Shown in pieces: positions 26,977 to 37,491 of a stretch of 64,000 nucleotides of DNA. Each line of letters begins with the position of its first letter. Positions within the stretch are counted from its first letter, which is position 1. The notes beneath the pieces were generated by a model that was given only the letters and a program-made list of their open reading frames with translations, was not told where the DNA came from and made no database searches. The position numbers and the translations under genes were made by a program. The DNA comes from a virus. The stretch is taken from the IMG/VR virus record IMGVR_UViG_3300042896_000283, positions 1 to 64,000 of that record. One strand, 5' to 3'.

Positions 26977-27651
26977 ATGGCAAGTAAATTAGTTGGGATT
27001 GTTGGTGCAACTGGTACTGGAAAGAGTACAGCAATTAAGCACCTAAATCCAGAAGAAACGTACATTATCAATGTTGCAAAGAAAGAGCTTCCTTTCAAGG
27101 GAAGTGAGAAGCTTTACAACACTGAAAACAAAAATTACAAGGAAGTAGAAGATGCAAATGAGATTTCTCGTTTATTAAAAACTATTTCAGACAAAGCTCC
27201 TCACATTAAGAACATCATTATTGAAGACTCTAATTACATTATGGGATTCAATATGGTGAACAAAGCTACAGAAACAGGATTTACCAAATTTAGTGTTATG
27301 GCTAAAGACATGGTGGATCTATTTAGAACTGCTAGACAATTGAGAGAAGACATCACTGTGTTCTATCTTACACATCCAGAAGAAGTGATGGATGGTCAAG
27401 ATGTAATAGGATACAAGATCAAAACTGCAGGTAAGCTTATTGATAACCAAGTGTTATTAGAAGGATTACTAACTGTATGTCTTTATACACTTGTAGAAGA
27501 GAACAAAGATGGAACAGCTAACTATCAATTTGTAACTAATCGTTATAGAAAGTATCCAGCTAAGAGTCCTGATGGAATGTTCCAAGAATTAAAAATACCA
27601 AATAATCTACAAATAGTAGCAGAAAGTTTAACAAATTATTATAACGCTTAA
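26977..27651 (+). CDS. Sak4-like (AAA_24) ATPase
   Basis: GATGTGKST, IIIED, YLTH, KTAGKL, AKSP. Confidence 0.8.
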   Translation: MASKLVGIVGATGTGKSTAIKHLNPEETYIINVAKKELPFKGSEKLYNTENKNYKEVEDANEISRLLKTISDKAPHIKNIIIEDSNYIMGFNMVNKATETGFTKFSVMAKDMVDLFRTARQLREDITVFYLTHPEEVMDGQDVIGYKIKTAGKLIDNQVLLEGLLTVCLYTLVEENKDGTANYQFVTNRYRKYPAKSPDGMFQELKIPNNLQIVAESLTNYYNA

Positions 27652-27661
27652 TTAAATTAAA

Positions 27662-27916
27662 ATGGAAGAAGAAGTAAGAGCAGAATTAGCATCAGATCGT
27701 ACAGTAGAATGGAACCCAACAAGACAAGAATGTCTTGTAAACTATAGAGTTGAAATTGAATTCTTATCAATAGGGTGTGTAATTAGAGTGGGATGTAAAT
27801 CCATTCCTTTTTCAACACTCAAAGAAGGAATGAAAGCATTAAATGATTATGTTGCTAATCCATATCCAACTAGAAAGATATGGGAAGAAAGATTTTCAAA
27901 ACAAGAAGAATTATAA
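27662..27916 (+). CDS. Hypothetical protein
   Basis: GCVIRVGCKSIPF motif. Confidence 0.7.
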   Translation: MEEEVRAELASDRTVEWNPTRQECLVNYRVEIEFLSIGCVIRVGCKSIPFSTLKEGMKALNDYVANPYPTRKIWEERFSKQEEL

Positions 27917-27942
27917 ATAACTAACTAAATAAATAAATTACA

Positions 27943-28815
27943 ATGAGTAGTATCGGAGGAAAAAAGAGAGAAAACACAGGAAGTGGTGATTCAGTAAAGA
28001 AAGTAGGATTGTTCGAAGCAAACATTATTGCTATCAATCCAACAATTGAAGAGTATAAAGACAAGCTTGGTATTGAGCTTAAAGAAGACAGTAAAGCTGC
28101 TGAGTATTTAGGTGAGACTAAAGATGGTAATAGTTATGTTCGTTTAGATTTTTGGTTACAAAAAGTTAATACTACAGACAATTACAAAGTGAGCTTTTTC
28201 TTAGAAGATAAAGAACGTGAGAATAAAGATGGAACTAAGAAACAATATATCAATTCTATTGGTATGTGTTCTTGGGCAGGAGATGAAAATGATCTTGCTG
28301 AATGGTTTACTAAAGGAAGAGATTTCAGAGTGGCATATACAGGAGAAGAAGATCTTTATAACTTCATGAGAACATGGTTAGCTGATCTTGATTATCGTGA
28401 TGCAGAAACTGTTCTACAATTAGAATGGAAGAAGTTGATGAGAGGTAATGTAAAAGACATTAAAGACCAAATTGGTGGAGAATGGGCTAAATCTATTATT
28501 GCTCTTGCTACTGTTATTGTTAAAGAAAGGGATGGAGATTCTAAAGAGTATCAAGGTATCTATAATAAAGCCTTCTTAGGTGGATATGCATTGAAACAAT
28601 TTAGACTTGTTGATTATGGAGACAGAAGAGTACAAGATGGTCTTAAAAACAAGAAACCAAAAGATTTGAAAGCACACGAGAAATTCGTAGTAAATGTTAT
28701 AGGTGAATATGGTTGTAAAGACTATTATACACTAAAAGACCTACAGGAGTATAATGCAGATGATAACTTAGTTGCCTCTGATGCATATATTTCTGAAGAT
28801 GGTGATGATTATTAA
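27943..28815 (+). CDS. Putative ssDNA-binding protein
   Basis: IAINPT...RLDFWL; acidic tail EDGDDY; next to Sak4-like ATPase. Confidence 0.55.
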   Translation: MSSIGGKKRENTGSGDSVKKVGLFEANIIAINPTIEEYKDKLGIELKEDSKAAEYLGETKDGNSYVRLDFWLQKVNTTDNYKVSFFLEDKERENKDGTKKQYINSIGMCSWAGDENDLAEWFTKGRDFRVAYTGEEDLYNFMRTWLADLDYRDAETVLQLEWKKLMRGNVKDIKDQIGGEWAKSIIALATVIVKERDGDSKEYQGIYNKAFLGGYALKQFRLVDYGDRRVQDGLKNKKPKDLKAHEKFVVNVIGEYGCKDYYTLKDLQEYNADDNLVASDAYISEDGDDY

Positions 28816-28935
28816 TTCAATTAATTGTTAATAAAGGCCTCTATCAGAAATTGTTAATAAGATAATTAAGATATATTTGTTTATTTCAAAAACTAGCCCT
28901 ACCTTGGTAATAAAATACTAAGTGGGGCTAATTTT

Positions 28936-29394
28936 ATGAAAAATATTATGGAAAATGTTGAAGTTTGGAAACCAATTGAAGGTTTTAAAAATTATGAAGT
29001 ATCGTCTTTTGGAAGAGTACGAAATGTTAAATTTAATAGAGTTATCAATCCTCATTTGAGTAATGGCTATCAAAGAATAGGCATATCAAGTGGGAAAGGA
29101 AAACAAAAAAAGTTTGCAGTAGGAAGACTTGTTGCAAAAGCATTTCTAGAATCTTATAGTGAAGATTTAGAAGTAGATCATATTGATAGAGTTAGAGCAA
29201 ATAATAATGTTAATAACTTAAGATGTGTTAATAGAAAAGAAAATTTGAATAATTTAACTAAAAGTAAAATATTCAAAATGACAAAGTTTATTGAAACATT
29301 AGCTAAAGAAAATTCTTTAGCTACAATTGATGATCTGGTTAATTATTTTACAAATAACAATGCAGACCTAAACAAATTTATGAGAAGATTTTAA
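28936..29394 (+). CDS. NUMOD4-HNH homing endonuclease
   Basis: EVWKPIEGF..YEVSSFGRVR; EVDHIDRVRANNNVNNL. Confidence 0.9.
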   Translation: MKNIMENVEVWKPIEGFKNYEVSSFGRVRNVKFNRVINPHLSNGYQRIGISSGKGKQKKFAVGRLVAKAFLESYSEDLEVDHIDRVRANNNVNNLRCVNRKENLNNLTKSKIFKMTKFIETLAKENSLATIDDLVNYFTNNNADLNKFMRRF

Positions 29395-29429
29395 ACAGAA
29401 ATGGTAGAGGTTTTTTATTTTAAAGCTAT

Positions 29430-30431
29430 ATGATACAAGGGAAAAAAAGAATAAACTTAACACCTGATAGCATACTCAATAAGATATCTGAATATGATGT
29501 CTATAAAATGTATATGCCACATCAGAATTGGAAAATAAATGTTGTTACTTATTCACCCTTCAGAAATGAAAAGAATCCATCATTCATTATAGGATATAGA
29601 GGAGGAGCATTAAGATATCATGATTTTGCAGATTCTACCAGAACAGGTGGCTGCTTTGATTTTGTAATGATGCTATTCCATATATCACTGCGTGAAGCAT
29701 TGTTGATGATTGATAGAGATTTTGATTTAGGGATTGTTAATGCATCCTCTACAAAGAATTATGAGAGGATTATCTCTGATTATGCACAACCAACTTCTAC
29801 ATCTAAACGTGAGTTCTTTATTCAAGTGAAAACAAGAAAATTTACACATGAAGAATTGGCATATTGGAATATGTATTATCAGGACATAGATGATCTTAAA
29901 GCTAATAATGTATATTCTATAGACACTGTATATCTAAATAAAAAGAAGTTTCCTATATTGGATTCAGAACTTAGATTTGGTTATCTATATGAAGGGCATT
30001 GGAAGATTTACAGACCATTTGCAGATAGAAAGAATAAGTGGATGCCTAATAATGTACCAATTACCATGATGGATGGATTAGAAGACATCAAAGATTGTGA
30101 TGTTGCATTTATCAATAAGAGTAAGAAGGATTACATGGTGATGAAAAAAATTTACCCATGTTGCTGTGCAGTTCAGAATGAAGGTATGGGATGTTTCTCT
30201 GAAGAGAACGTTGAATATCTAAAAGAAAATTCTGAGAGACAAATCTTAAGCTTTGATAGTGATGAAGCTGGTGTAAAGAATTCTCAATTGATAACTGATA
30301 AGTTTGATTTTGAGTATTGTAATGTACCAAAGCTCTATCTAGGAGAAGGAATAAAAGATTGGGCTGATCTTGCCAGAATACATGGATTAAAAGTTATAGA
30401 AGAATATTTAACACAAAAAGAAATAATATGA
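29430..30431 (+). CDS. dnaG: DNA primase (crAss-like DnaG/Toprim)
   Basis: SPFRNEKNPSF, KSKKD, SFDSDEAG, KDWAD. Confidence 0.85.
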   Translation: MIQGKKRINLTPDSILNKISEYDVYKMYMPHQNWKINVVTYSPFRNEKNPSFIIGYRGGALRYHDFADSTRTGGCFDFVMMLFHISLREALLMIDRDFDLGIVNASSTKNYERIISDYAQPTSTSKREFFIQVKTRKFTHEELAYWNMYYQDIDDLKANNVYSIDTVYLNKKKFPILDSELRFGYLYEGHWKIYRPFADRKNKWMPNNVPITMMDGLEDIKDCDVAFINKSKKDYMVMKKIYPCCCAVQNEGMGCFSEENVEYLKENSERQILSFDSDEAGVKNSQLITDKFDFEYCNVPKLYLGEGIKDWADLARIHGLKVIEEYLTQKEII

Positions 30432-30655
30432 AAATATCAAACATAGAACAAGAAAAAAATATTTACATTGTAACTTTTATACCAAATATTATTGAAAGAT
30501 TTTTTGGTGTAAAAGAAAAAACAAAAAGATATAAAGATACTTGGGATACCTATTCCTTTGGAGGAGGTCATGTATATATTACTGAAAAAGGTAAGGAATT
30601 GACTAATGGAAATTGGATTGCTAAAAGAATAGATAACTGGAGAAGAAGATTCTAA
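30428..30655 (+). CDS. Hypothetical protein
   Basis: ATGA overlap. Confidence 0.6.
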   Translation: MKISNIEQEKNIYIVTFIPNIIERFFGVKEKTKRYKDTWDTYSFGGGHVYITEKGKELTNGNWIAKRIDNWRRRF

Positions 30656-30665
30656 AGAAAAAATT

Positions 30666-31064
30666 ATGAGTAAATTAACATCAGAAGAACTAAGTGATGT
30701 AGTAATAGAGAGTTTAGCATTAGCTGTAACATTACTAGAGAGATTTGAAACAATGGACCAACATGGTCTTTTTGTACAAAGAGCTAAACAATCTCTTAAA
30801 GGTACAATTCCACATATTGAAGCTTATGTAAGTAAACTAATTACTGTCACTGCAGAAGATGAGGAAGAACATTTTAAGAAGGGAGCTACAGTGATAGCAG
30901 AAATATCAAGTAGATTAGAAACTGCATTAAGTTCTAAAAACATTATAGATATATCTACAAGAAAGAGATGGTTGAAAGATTTCATAGATTCAACAGCATT
31001 ATTTCCAACTCAGAAAGATGAGCTATATGAAGCAATTAGAGATTCAGGAATTTTAAATTATTAA
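30666..31064 (+). CDS. Hypothetical protein
   Basis: 132 aa helical ORF. Confidence 0.7.
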   Translation: MSKLTSEELSDVVIESLALAVTLLERFETMDQHGLFVQRAKQSLKGTIPHIEAYVSKLITVTAEDEEEHFKKGATVIAEISSRLETALSSKNIIDISTRKRWLKDFIDSTALFPTQKDELYEAIRDSGILNY

Positions 31065-31066
31065 TT

Positions 31067-31312
31067 ATGACACTAAAAGAAAAATTTAGAAAAGTATTCA
31101 AAGAACATTTCACAAAAGGAAAAGAAGAAGAATTATTATTAATGGATGTGGATAGTGATTTAGAACAAGTAGCAGATGAATTTGCTATTGAATTTGCGGA
31201 GTGGTTAGATACTTTAATTGATAGATTTGGATTATTGGAATATAAAAGAAACTATATGAATAAGACAAAAAAAGAATTATTAGAAATCTATAAAAAAGAA
31301 AAGGGATTATGA
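31067..31312 (+). CDS. Hypothetical protein
   Basis: ADEFAIEFAEW...KELLEIYKKEKGL. Confidence 0.65.
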   Translation: MTLKEKFRKVFKEHFTKGKEEELLLMDVDSDLEQVADEFAIEFAEWLDTLIDRFGLLEYKRNYMNKTKKELLEIYKKEKGL

Positions 31313-31466
31313 GATGTTCAGACAATGAGCTAGAAATGCTCGAAGAAGAGATTAAAGAGAATATAGAATGGTTGATGGCTGGAAGAAACGATGTAGAATG
31401 CATTAGTGTAGAGAACTTAGAAGGGATTCTAACAAGATTCTTTTATAGAAAAATATCATTATCATT

Positions 31467-32186
31467 ATGAATTTTCAGAATTTTAAACACCAAATGCATC
31501 CAAGTTGGTATTCCAAACTTAGACCATTTATAGAAAGTGAAGAGTGTGATAAGATTTATGCATTTCTAAAAGCAGAGAGTAAGAGAGGTAAAAGAGTTGC
31601 TCCTCTATCTATGCATGTTTGGAGATGTTTCTTTGAGACACCATTAGACAATTTAAAAGCTGTTATGGTAGGACTATGTCCATATCATACACTTAAAGAT
31701 GATGCTCCAGTAGCAGATGGATTACTTATGGGATGTTCTATTACAGGTAAATTACAACCTACATTAGAACAATTCTATACAGGTATAGAGAAAGAATTCT
31801 ATGATGGATTAAACTTAAATTATATACCAGATCCAGAAGTACACTATCTAGCAAACCAAGGTGTGTTAATGTTGAACGCAGCTTTAACAACAGAGATTAA
31901 TAAAGCAGGAAGTCACCTAGAGATATGGGAACCATTTATTAAATATCTGTTTGAAGAAGTAATTAATCATTTAGGTGTTCCTATTATATTCCTAGGTAAA
32001 GATGCAGCTAAGTATAAGAAATACACAGGCATATTTGCACATGTGTTTGAACTTAGTCATCCAGCATCTGCAGCTTATAAAGGAGCAGAATGGGATACAG
32101 AAGGAGTGTTCAGTAAAGTGGATATATTATTAGAAGAAAACAATGGGTTCACAGTGCAATGGTTGCCTGTAGATATGCCCTTTTAA
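31467..32186 (+). CDS. ung: Family-1 uracil-DNA glycosylase-like protein with altered catalytic loop
   Basis: VMVGLCPYH (for GQDPYH), QGVLMLNAALT, AGSH, FLGKDA, SHPAS. Confidence 0.85.
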   Translation: MNFQNFKHQMHPSWYSKLRPFIESEECDKIYAFLKAESKRGKRVAPLSMHVWRCFFETPLDNLKAVMVGLCPYHTLKDDAPVADGLLMGCSITGKLQPTLEQFYTGIEKEFYDGLNLNYIPDPEVHYLANQGVLMLNAALTTEINKAGSHLEIWEPFIKYLFEEVINHLGVPIIFLGKDAAKYKKYTGIFAHVFELSHPASAAYKGAEWDTEGVFSKVDILLEENNGFTVQWLPVDMPF

Positions 32187-32198
32187 ACAATTAAAATT

Positions 32199-32456
32199 AT
32201 GGAAAATCAAATTATTAAAGTTGACAACCTACTTGTAGGTGATGAAGTTATTTATGGATGTGGTAGTGATCTTAGAAGAATAAGAATCATAAGACCTCTT
32301 GTAGTAGCTAAAACTAGAAGTTGGGGTGGACACTATAGTAGTACTAAAGTGGAAGTCCTAAATGCACATGATTTAAATGACAATACAGTAGTAAGAACAA
32401 TATACCTAGATCTTAATTATAGAGGTCTTTGGTTGATAAAAAGAACAGCAATTTAA
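32199..32456 (+). CDS. Hypothetical protein
   Basis: LLVGDEV SH3-like start. Confidence 0.6.
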   Translation: MENQIIKVDNLLVGDEVIYGCGSDLRRIRIIRPLVVAKTRSWGGHYSSTKVEVLNAHDLNDNTVVRTIYLDLNYRGLWLIKRTAI

Positions 32457-32467
32457 AATTATAAAAA

Positions 32468-34765
32468 ATGATATTAGAAAAACAAAAAGAAGCAAATGTC
32501 CTAGAAGAAGGACAATCACAAGAATCAATTGGAATGTCCCTAGACTTAGATTCTGCTCAGATATTGATGCAGATGTTAAGTAAGAATTTATATTCTGATG
32601 ATATAGGCTCTGCTATCAGAGAATGTGCAAGTAATGCATTAGATAGCCATAGAAGAGCTGGAGTGGACACTCCTATAATTGTTTCATTTAAAGCATCTAC
32701 TGCTAATAACTATGAGTTTTGTGTAGAAGATTTTGGTATAGGCTTAGATGCTGATGATGTGAGAAACATTATTAGTAAATATGGTAAATCTACCAAAAGA
32801 AATTCTACAACAGAATTAGGTATGATGGGTCTTGGTTTCAAGGCTCCTCTAGCTTATAGTTCTAGTTTCTACTTTGTATGTAGAAAAGATGGAATGGAAC
32901 GCAAGTACATGATGTATGAAGGAGAAGATACTAACACTATTGATCTTTTATATGAAAAGGAAACAACAGAATCTAATGGTGTAAAAATCATTATTCCTGT
33001 TAAGTATTCTGATAGATGGCAGTTCCAAAAGAAAATCAAAGAGCAACTTTGTTATTTCGAAAGTGTATATTTTGATGTACCAGAAGATTCTAAAATTACT
33101 AATGATTTTGTAATCTCTAGACATCCACACTTTCAATTCTCTGAAATGTCTACAGATACTAATTTACACATATGTTTAGACAATGTGTATTATCCTTTAG
33201 ACTTTGAGAAACTTGGTATTGATAGAATTCAATTTCCTATAGGTCTTAGATTTTCATTAAGTGATGGAATTTATCCAACACCAAATAGAGAATCTTTGAG
33301 ATATACACAAGAAGCTAAGCAGATTATTATGGCTAAGCTTGGTCAAGTGGGAGATTATTTTGTTACTAAGTATAATGATGCTGTCAATGATGGAAGTGAC
33401 ATTAAATCTATGGTTAATCACCTTGAGAAGAATGGACATTATGTTGAAATGGGTGATGGTACTAAATCTAGAATTGATGAGTTTATTAAATTCTCCACTA
33501 TAAAACCTACTGTTCCAGTATTAGAAGGAATAAATCTATTAAACTTTCCTTCTTTGTACAAAACATATAAGCAAAACATTCTTGTAGATCCATTTCCTGT
33601 TAGATATTCATTGAGATATAAAAGAATGTCTGATGCTGATAAAGGTTATGTGTGGGGATATAACTTAGAAAGTGTGTGTAATGGAAATGCTAATGTTTGG
33701 ATATATAATGATAGAATTCCTCAGATCAAGAAAGACTTCCTAAGAGCTACATGTAAAGAAAGTGAATATAACTTTCTTGTTAAAAGAGCTGCACCTATGA
33801 AACTAGGAATTCCTGCTAAATTTGATCTTAAAACTTATTATCACTTATTAAAACTTGATAGATTTCCAAAAGAACAATGGAGAGATGTTATAAAAGAATA
33901 TCAACACATCATGTCTATGGTTGAAGAAAACTTTATAGATCTTGATTCAATTGAGGTTCCACAAGATTTTATTGACAGTAAGAAAAAAGCAAAGATTAGT
34001 AAAGCTGGTATAGCTAGTGCTAAAAGACTAAAGCTGCAGGGAGAAATAGTTTGTAAGAAAGGTGTTGACTTAATGAGATGGAATGATGGAAGAAAGTGTA
34101 AGTTTGATTCTCAAATCTATAAGTTAGAAGATCTTCATAAGGGTAAAGGATTAAAGGTGTATACTCATCATGAGGACTTCTTGAAACTTGATCCTTTATA
34201 TGGAATGATGGGAAAACAAAAGATGGAAGTGATTACATTCTCTAGTAGAGAACTAAAGATTGTAGAACAATTAAACATACACAATTTAATATCTTACGAG
34301 AAATTTATGGAAGGTAAAACAGTACCATTCAAAAGAATGATTACATCAGTATTAATTCATGAGATGATGGCTCTTTATTCAAGTACTTTTAGTAAAATTG
34401 ATACTATAAGATTTGTATCTACTGATTTAGCTGATAAACTAGATAGATTAACTAAATATAAAAGAGATAACTATGTAGAGACAAATCATGAATTAAGAAA
34501 AGCAATGTTAGAAGTGGCTTTAGAGCACAGATTGTTTGATCCACAAATTCATGCAGAGTATTTAGAGATGCTAGACCTATTTGAAAAGCTTACATTCTTG
34601 AATCCTGTATGTGGAAGATTAGGTTACACTAATCCTGAAGATCCAATGATCCAAGTAATGATTGATTTGTTTAAGTATTACAAGCATAGAGTGGATTTAA
34701 AGCACTATAATATCAAAATCAATGATGAAGTGCTTACAGAAGAAACAATAGATCAATTAACATAA
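32468..34765 (+). CDS. rIIA: rIIA-like protein (GHKL ATPase N-domain)
   Basis: NLYSD..SAIRECASNALDSH, EDFGIGL, YGKSTK, GMMGLGFK, PNRESL. Confidence 0.85.
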   Translation: MILEKQKEANVLEEGQSQESIGMSLDLDSAQILMQMLSKNLYSDDIGSAIRECASNALDSHRRAGVDTPIIVSFKASTANNYEFCVEDFGIGLDADDVRNIISKYGKSTKRNSTTELGMMGLGFKAPLAYSSSFYFVCRKDGMERKYMMYEGEDTNTIDLLYEKETTESNGVKIIIPVKYSDRWQFQKKIKEQLCYFESVYFDVPEDSKITNDFVISRHPHFQFSEMSTDTNLHICLDNVYYPLDFEKLGIDRIQFPIGLRFSLSDGIYPTPNRESLRYTQEAKQIIMAKLGQVGDYFVTKYNDAVNDGSDIKSMVNHLEKNGHYVEMGDGTKSRIDEFIKFSTIKPTVPVLEGINLLNFPSLYKTYKQNILVDPFPVRYSLRYKRMSDADKGYVWGYNLESVCNGNANVWIYNDRIPQIKKDFLRATCKESEYNFLVKRAAPMKLGIPAKFDLKTYYHLLKLDRFPKEQWRDVIKEYQHIMSMVEENFIDLDSIEVPQDFIDSKKKAKISKAGIASAKRLKLQGEIVCKKGVDLMRWNDGRKCKFDSQIYKLEDLHKGKGLKVYTHHEDFLKLDPLYGMMGKQKMEVITFSSRELKIVEQLNIHNLISYEKFMEGKTVPFKRMITSVLIHEMMALYSSTFSKIDTIRFVSTDLADKLDRLTKYKRDNYVETNHELRKAMLEVALEHRLFDPQIHAEYLEMLDLFEKLTFLNPVCGRLGYTNPEDPMIQVMIDLFKYYKHRVDLKHYNIKINDEVLTEETIDQLT

Positions 34766-34767
34766 TT

Positions 34768-34797
34768 AACAGAGGGACATTCGTGTCCCTCTGTTTA
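34768..34797 (+). terminator. Perfect 12-bp hairpin between rIIA and rIIB
   Basis: AACAGAGGGACA-TTCG-TGTCCCTCTGTT; short T-run, may be a stabiliser or processing site. Confidence 0.55.
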
Positions 34798-34823
34798 ACA
34801 ATTAACAATTAAATCAAATTAAA

Positions 34824-36356
34824 ATGGAACACAAATTTTTAAGTCTTGACTGGTTCAAGAACAGAGTAGAGAATTCAATTGACAGAGTGATTGCTAATAA
34901 GATAGAAAATCTTATAGAAGAACCAACTGTTAAAGAACAGAAGATATATGAAAAACCATATGTTGCTATCAAATTGGTAAATGACACACTTACAGTGGTG
35001 TTAGCAGATGGATCTATTATCAGTAAGCCTGGTGCTACAGAAGATGATTACTATGCTGTTCAATCAGCAAGAGATATATATGAGATACATGCTGTTATAA
35101 GTTCTAAAGAAGTGAAACAAGATGTAGAAGACATGAGAGCTGAAGCAACAAGAATACACGCTCTTCAACAAGGAATTGGACTACTTGGTAAACTTGATGA
35201 TTTTACTATAGATGGTAATTCTGTATATCTTGCAGGTACATCTAGAAGTATGCCTCAATTATTAGTGGAGAAATTCATTGAAATAGTTGATAGAGTGGGA
35301 GAACAAGTAGTTGATGATAAAACTTTTGAAGAAGCATTAAATGAAGATGATGATTATCTAGCTCATAAGAACTTCTTTATGTGGTGTTGTCTTAATCCTA
35401 GAGCTGAAGTGGCCAATGAGCTATATAGATTCTTAACAGACAATAGTTTCAAAATCACTAAACAAGGATTCTTTGTAGCTTTAAGAAATGTTGTAACTGT
35501 TCATGGATCTCCAGAACTAGTTCACTTCGTAAGTAATGCTTACAACAAGGTAAAAGCTGTATGGAAGAAGAATCCAGATAATTACACTATTTTCTTACAA
35601 GATGGTGAGTACAAACTTGTACATAATTCTGCATTAACAACTACTGAAACTCATACAACTACTACATGTCCAGGATGTCATGGTGATGGTGGATGGTATC
35701 ATGATGAATACATTAAAGATGAAGATGAATTTTATGACTGTGAAACATGTGATGGATCAGGAAAAGTAGAAGAATATAATACTACTGAGGAACAGTCTGT
35801 AGATCATGGAACTAAAATTGGTGGGTTAACAGAACTGTATTTAGATCTTCCTAATAGAGAAGAAAATAGATTCACTGATAACTGGACCAAAACATTTGAT
35901 ATCCGTGTAGGACAAGTGGTTAGTATGCCTAAAGAAGAATGTAACTGGAGTACACAAGATTGTGCTACAGCAGGTCTTCACTTTGCTGGTTATACAGCTC
36001 CTTATGTTCTTTGTGGTGATACCACTGTTATGACTCTTCATAATCCTATGAAAGTGGTTGGTATTGGTAGAGAGAAAGGTAGATGTTGGGAATATCTTCC
36101 ATTCATGTTGACCACTGTTAAAGAAGCAGATCAAATCATGAATGATAGAAGCTTTGATTTCTTACAATTAGATGAGCAATATGCTATCCGTGAATTAGAA
36201 TCTCTTGCAGAGAAAGCTAAAGAAGGATTTTCAGCTGAGTCTAGAAAGTATGAATTCAACATGCCAGGTATATCAGCTTCAGAGATTAACAATATTGTTA
36301 ATAGTCTTAGTGAAATGAAAGCCAAAATAACTAATCGTGTGATTACGATTAAATAA
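34824..36356 (+). CDS. rIIB: rIIB-like protein with inserted DnaJ-type zinc finger
   Basis: LYRFL...ITKQGFFVALRNV, VGQVVSMP, CATAGLH, KGRCWEY; follows rIIA. Confidence 0.8.
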   Translation: MEHKFLSLDWFKNRVENSIDRVIANKIENLIEEPTVKEQKIYEKPYVAIKLVNDTLTVVLADGSIISKPGATEDDYYAVQSARDIYEIHAVISSKEVKQDVEDMRAEATRIHALQQGIGLLGKLDDFTIDGNSVYLAGTSRSMPQLLVEKFIEIVDRVGEQVVDDKTFEEALNEDDDYLAHKNFFMWCCLNPRAEVANELYRFLTDNSFKITKQGFFVALRNVVTVHGSPELVHFVSNAYNKVKAVWKKNPDNYTIFLQDGEYKLVHNSALTTTETHTTTTCPGCHGDGGWYHDEYIKDEDEFYDCETCDGSGKVEEYNTTEEQSVDHGTKIGGLTELYLDLPNREENRFTDNWTKTFDIRVGQVVSMPKEECNWSTQDCATAGLHFAGYTAPYVLCGDTTVMTLHNPMKVVGIGREKGRCWEYLPFMLTTVKEADQIMNDRSFDFLQLDEQYAIRELESLAEKAKEGFSAESRKYEFNMPGISASEINNIVNSLSEMKAKITNRVITIK

Positions 36357-36418
36357 TAATTAATATAGTTATCCCATAAATATTTTATACATTTGTGGGA
36401 TAACTTAATTATAAACGT

Positions 36419-36808
36419 ATGGCAAAGAGAGTGTTAGTCCCAAAGACAAGATGTGCAGGTACCATGAGTGAAGCAGCCTTCTGGAGCTTCATAAGAAGTG
36501 CTTTGAGACAGAAGAGCAGATGGTGGAAACCTATATCAGTGTGTAAGTTAAATGCACGTAGAGATTACAAAGGAATTAGTAAAAGACAAAAATACGAATA
36601 CCAATGTAAGAAGTGCAAAACTTGGACTACTGAAAAGAATATTAACGTGGACCATATAATTGGTGCAGGAGCATTAAATTGTGCACAAGATCTTCCAGGA
36701 TTTGTAGAACGTTTGTTCTGTGAACAAGATAATCTGCAGGTGCTTTGTGTGAGCTGCCACGATAAGAAAACCTTAAAAGAGAAACAAGCTAAAAAGAAAA
36801 CATTATGA
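36419..36808 (+). CDS. HNH endonuclease
   Basis: CKKC...VDHII...NLQVLCVSCHDKKT. Confidence 0.85.
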   Translation: MAKRVLVPKTRCAGTMSEAAFWSFIRSALRQKSRWWKPISVCKLNARRDYKGISKRQKYEYQCKKCKTWTTEKNINVDHIIGAGALNCAQDLPGFVERLFCEQDNLQVLCVSCHDKKTLKEKQAKKKTL

Positions 36809-36959
36809 TAAAAGAACTTATAAGTAGACTCACTATGGTGAAAACAGATAAAGTGGGTACATATGACTTAATCAGTGGTAAAAGGCTTAGTTATTATCAA
36901 GACTATTATTTCCAAATATTCTTAGCAGAATCAAGATGGGGATACAGAATGAGAATCAA

Positions 36960-37121
36960 ATGAGCAGGACTATCAAGAAAAAGAAAACTGGAGCTAAAGC
37001 TATTAGCCATAGCTGCAGAAACAATGGACCATGTGGTTGGTGCTTTGGTAATAGAATGTATAAACATTTAAAAAGAATGATCAATGGAAATACAAATAAT
37101 ACTGAACAGGATTCAGTGTAA
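36960..37121 (+). CDS. Small basic Cys-containing protein
   Basis: MSRTIKKKKTG...SCRNNGPCGWC. Confidence 0.6.
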   Translation: MSRTIKKKKTGAKAISHSCRNNGPCGWCFGNRMYKHLKRMINGNTNNTEQDSV

Positions 37122-37491
37122 AAACTGTGGAGATGTACTTACATCATATAATAGACATGATTATAAAACATGTGGATGTGAGAATGAAACAATGGTAGAT
37201 GGTGGTACAGACTATCAACGCTATGGAGGAAAAGATCTTTCATTAGTAGATACAAGATCCACTGTATATCTATCAGATAATCATGAACTGAATAGAATTG
37301 CTGCACATTGGGGCAATAGAGGTAAAGATGGTAGAAGTCCTCTATCATATAAATCTATAGCTGATATGTCAAATACTCACATTATTAATATTCTTTTAGA
37401 CATGGGAGGTAAAATAATTCCTTGGATGGAAGATATTATGACTGAAGAATTATTATATCGTAAAACTAATAATATAACAATAGATGACTAA
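37084..37491 (+). CDS. Zinc-binding hypothetical protein
   Basis: CKNCGD...HDYKTCGC...VDGG. Confidence 0.75.
   Translation: MEIQIILNRIQCKNCGDVLTSYNRHDYKTCGCENETMVDGGTDYQRYGGKDLSLVDTRSTVYLSDNHELNRIAAHWGNRGKDGRSPLSYKSIADMSNTHIINILLDMGGKIIPWMEDIMTEELLYRKTNNITIDD

Noticed and set aside
29430-30431. Inactive primase (no Cys zinc finger, KS in place of Toprim EG)
   Set aside because: As I recall, these deviations are typical of crAss-like primases, and the DxD motif is intact
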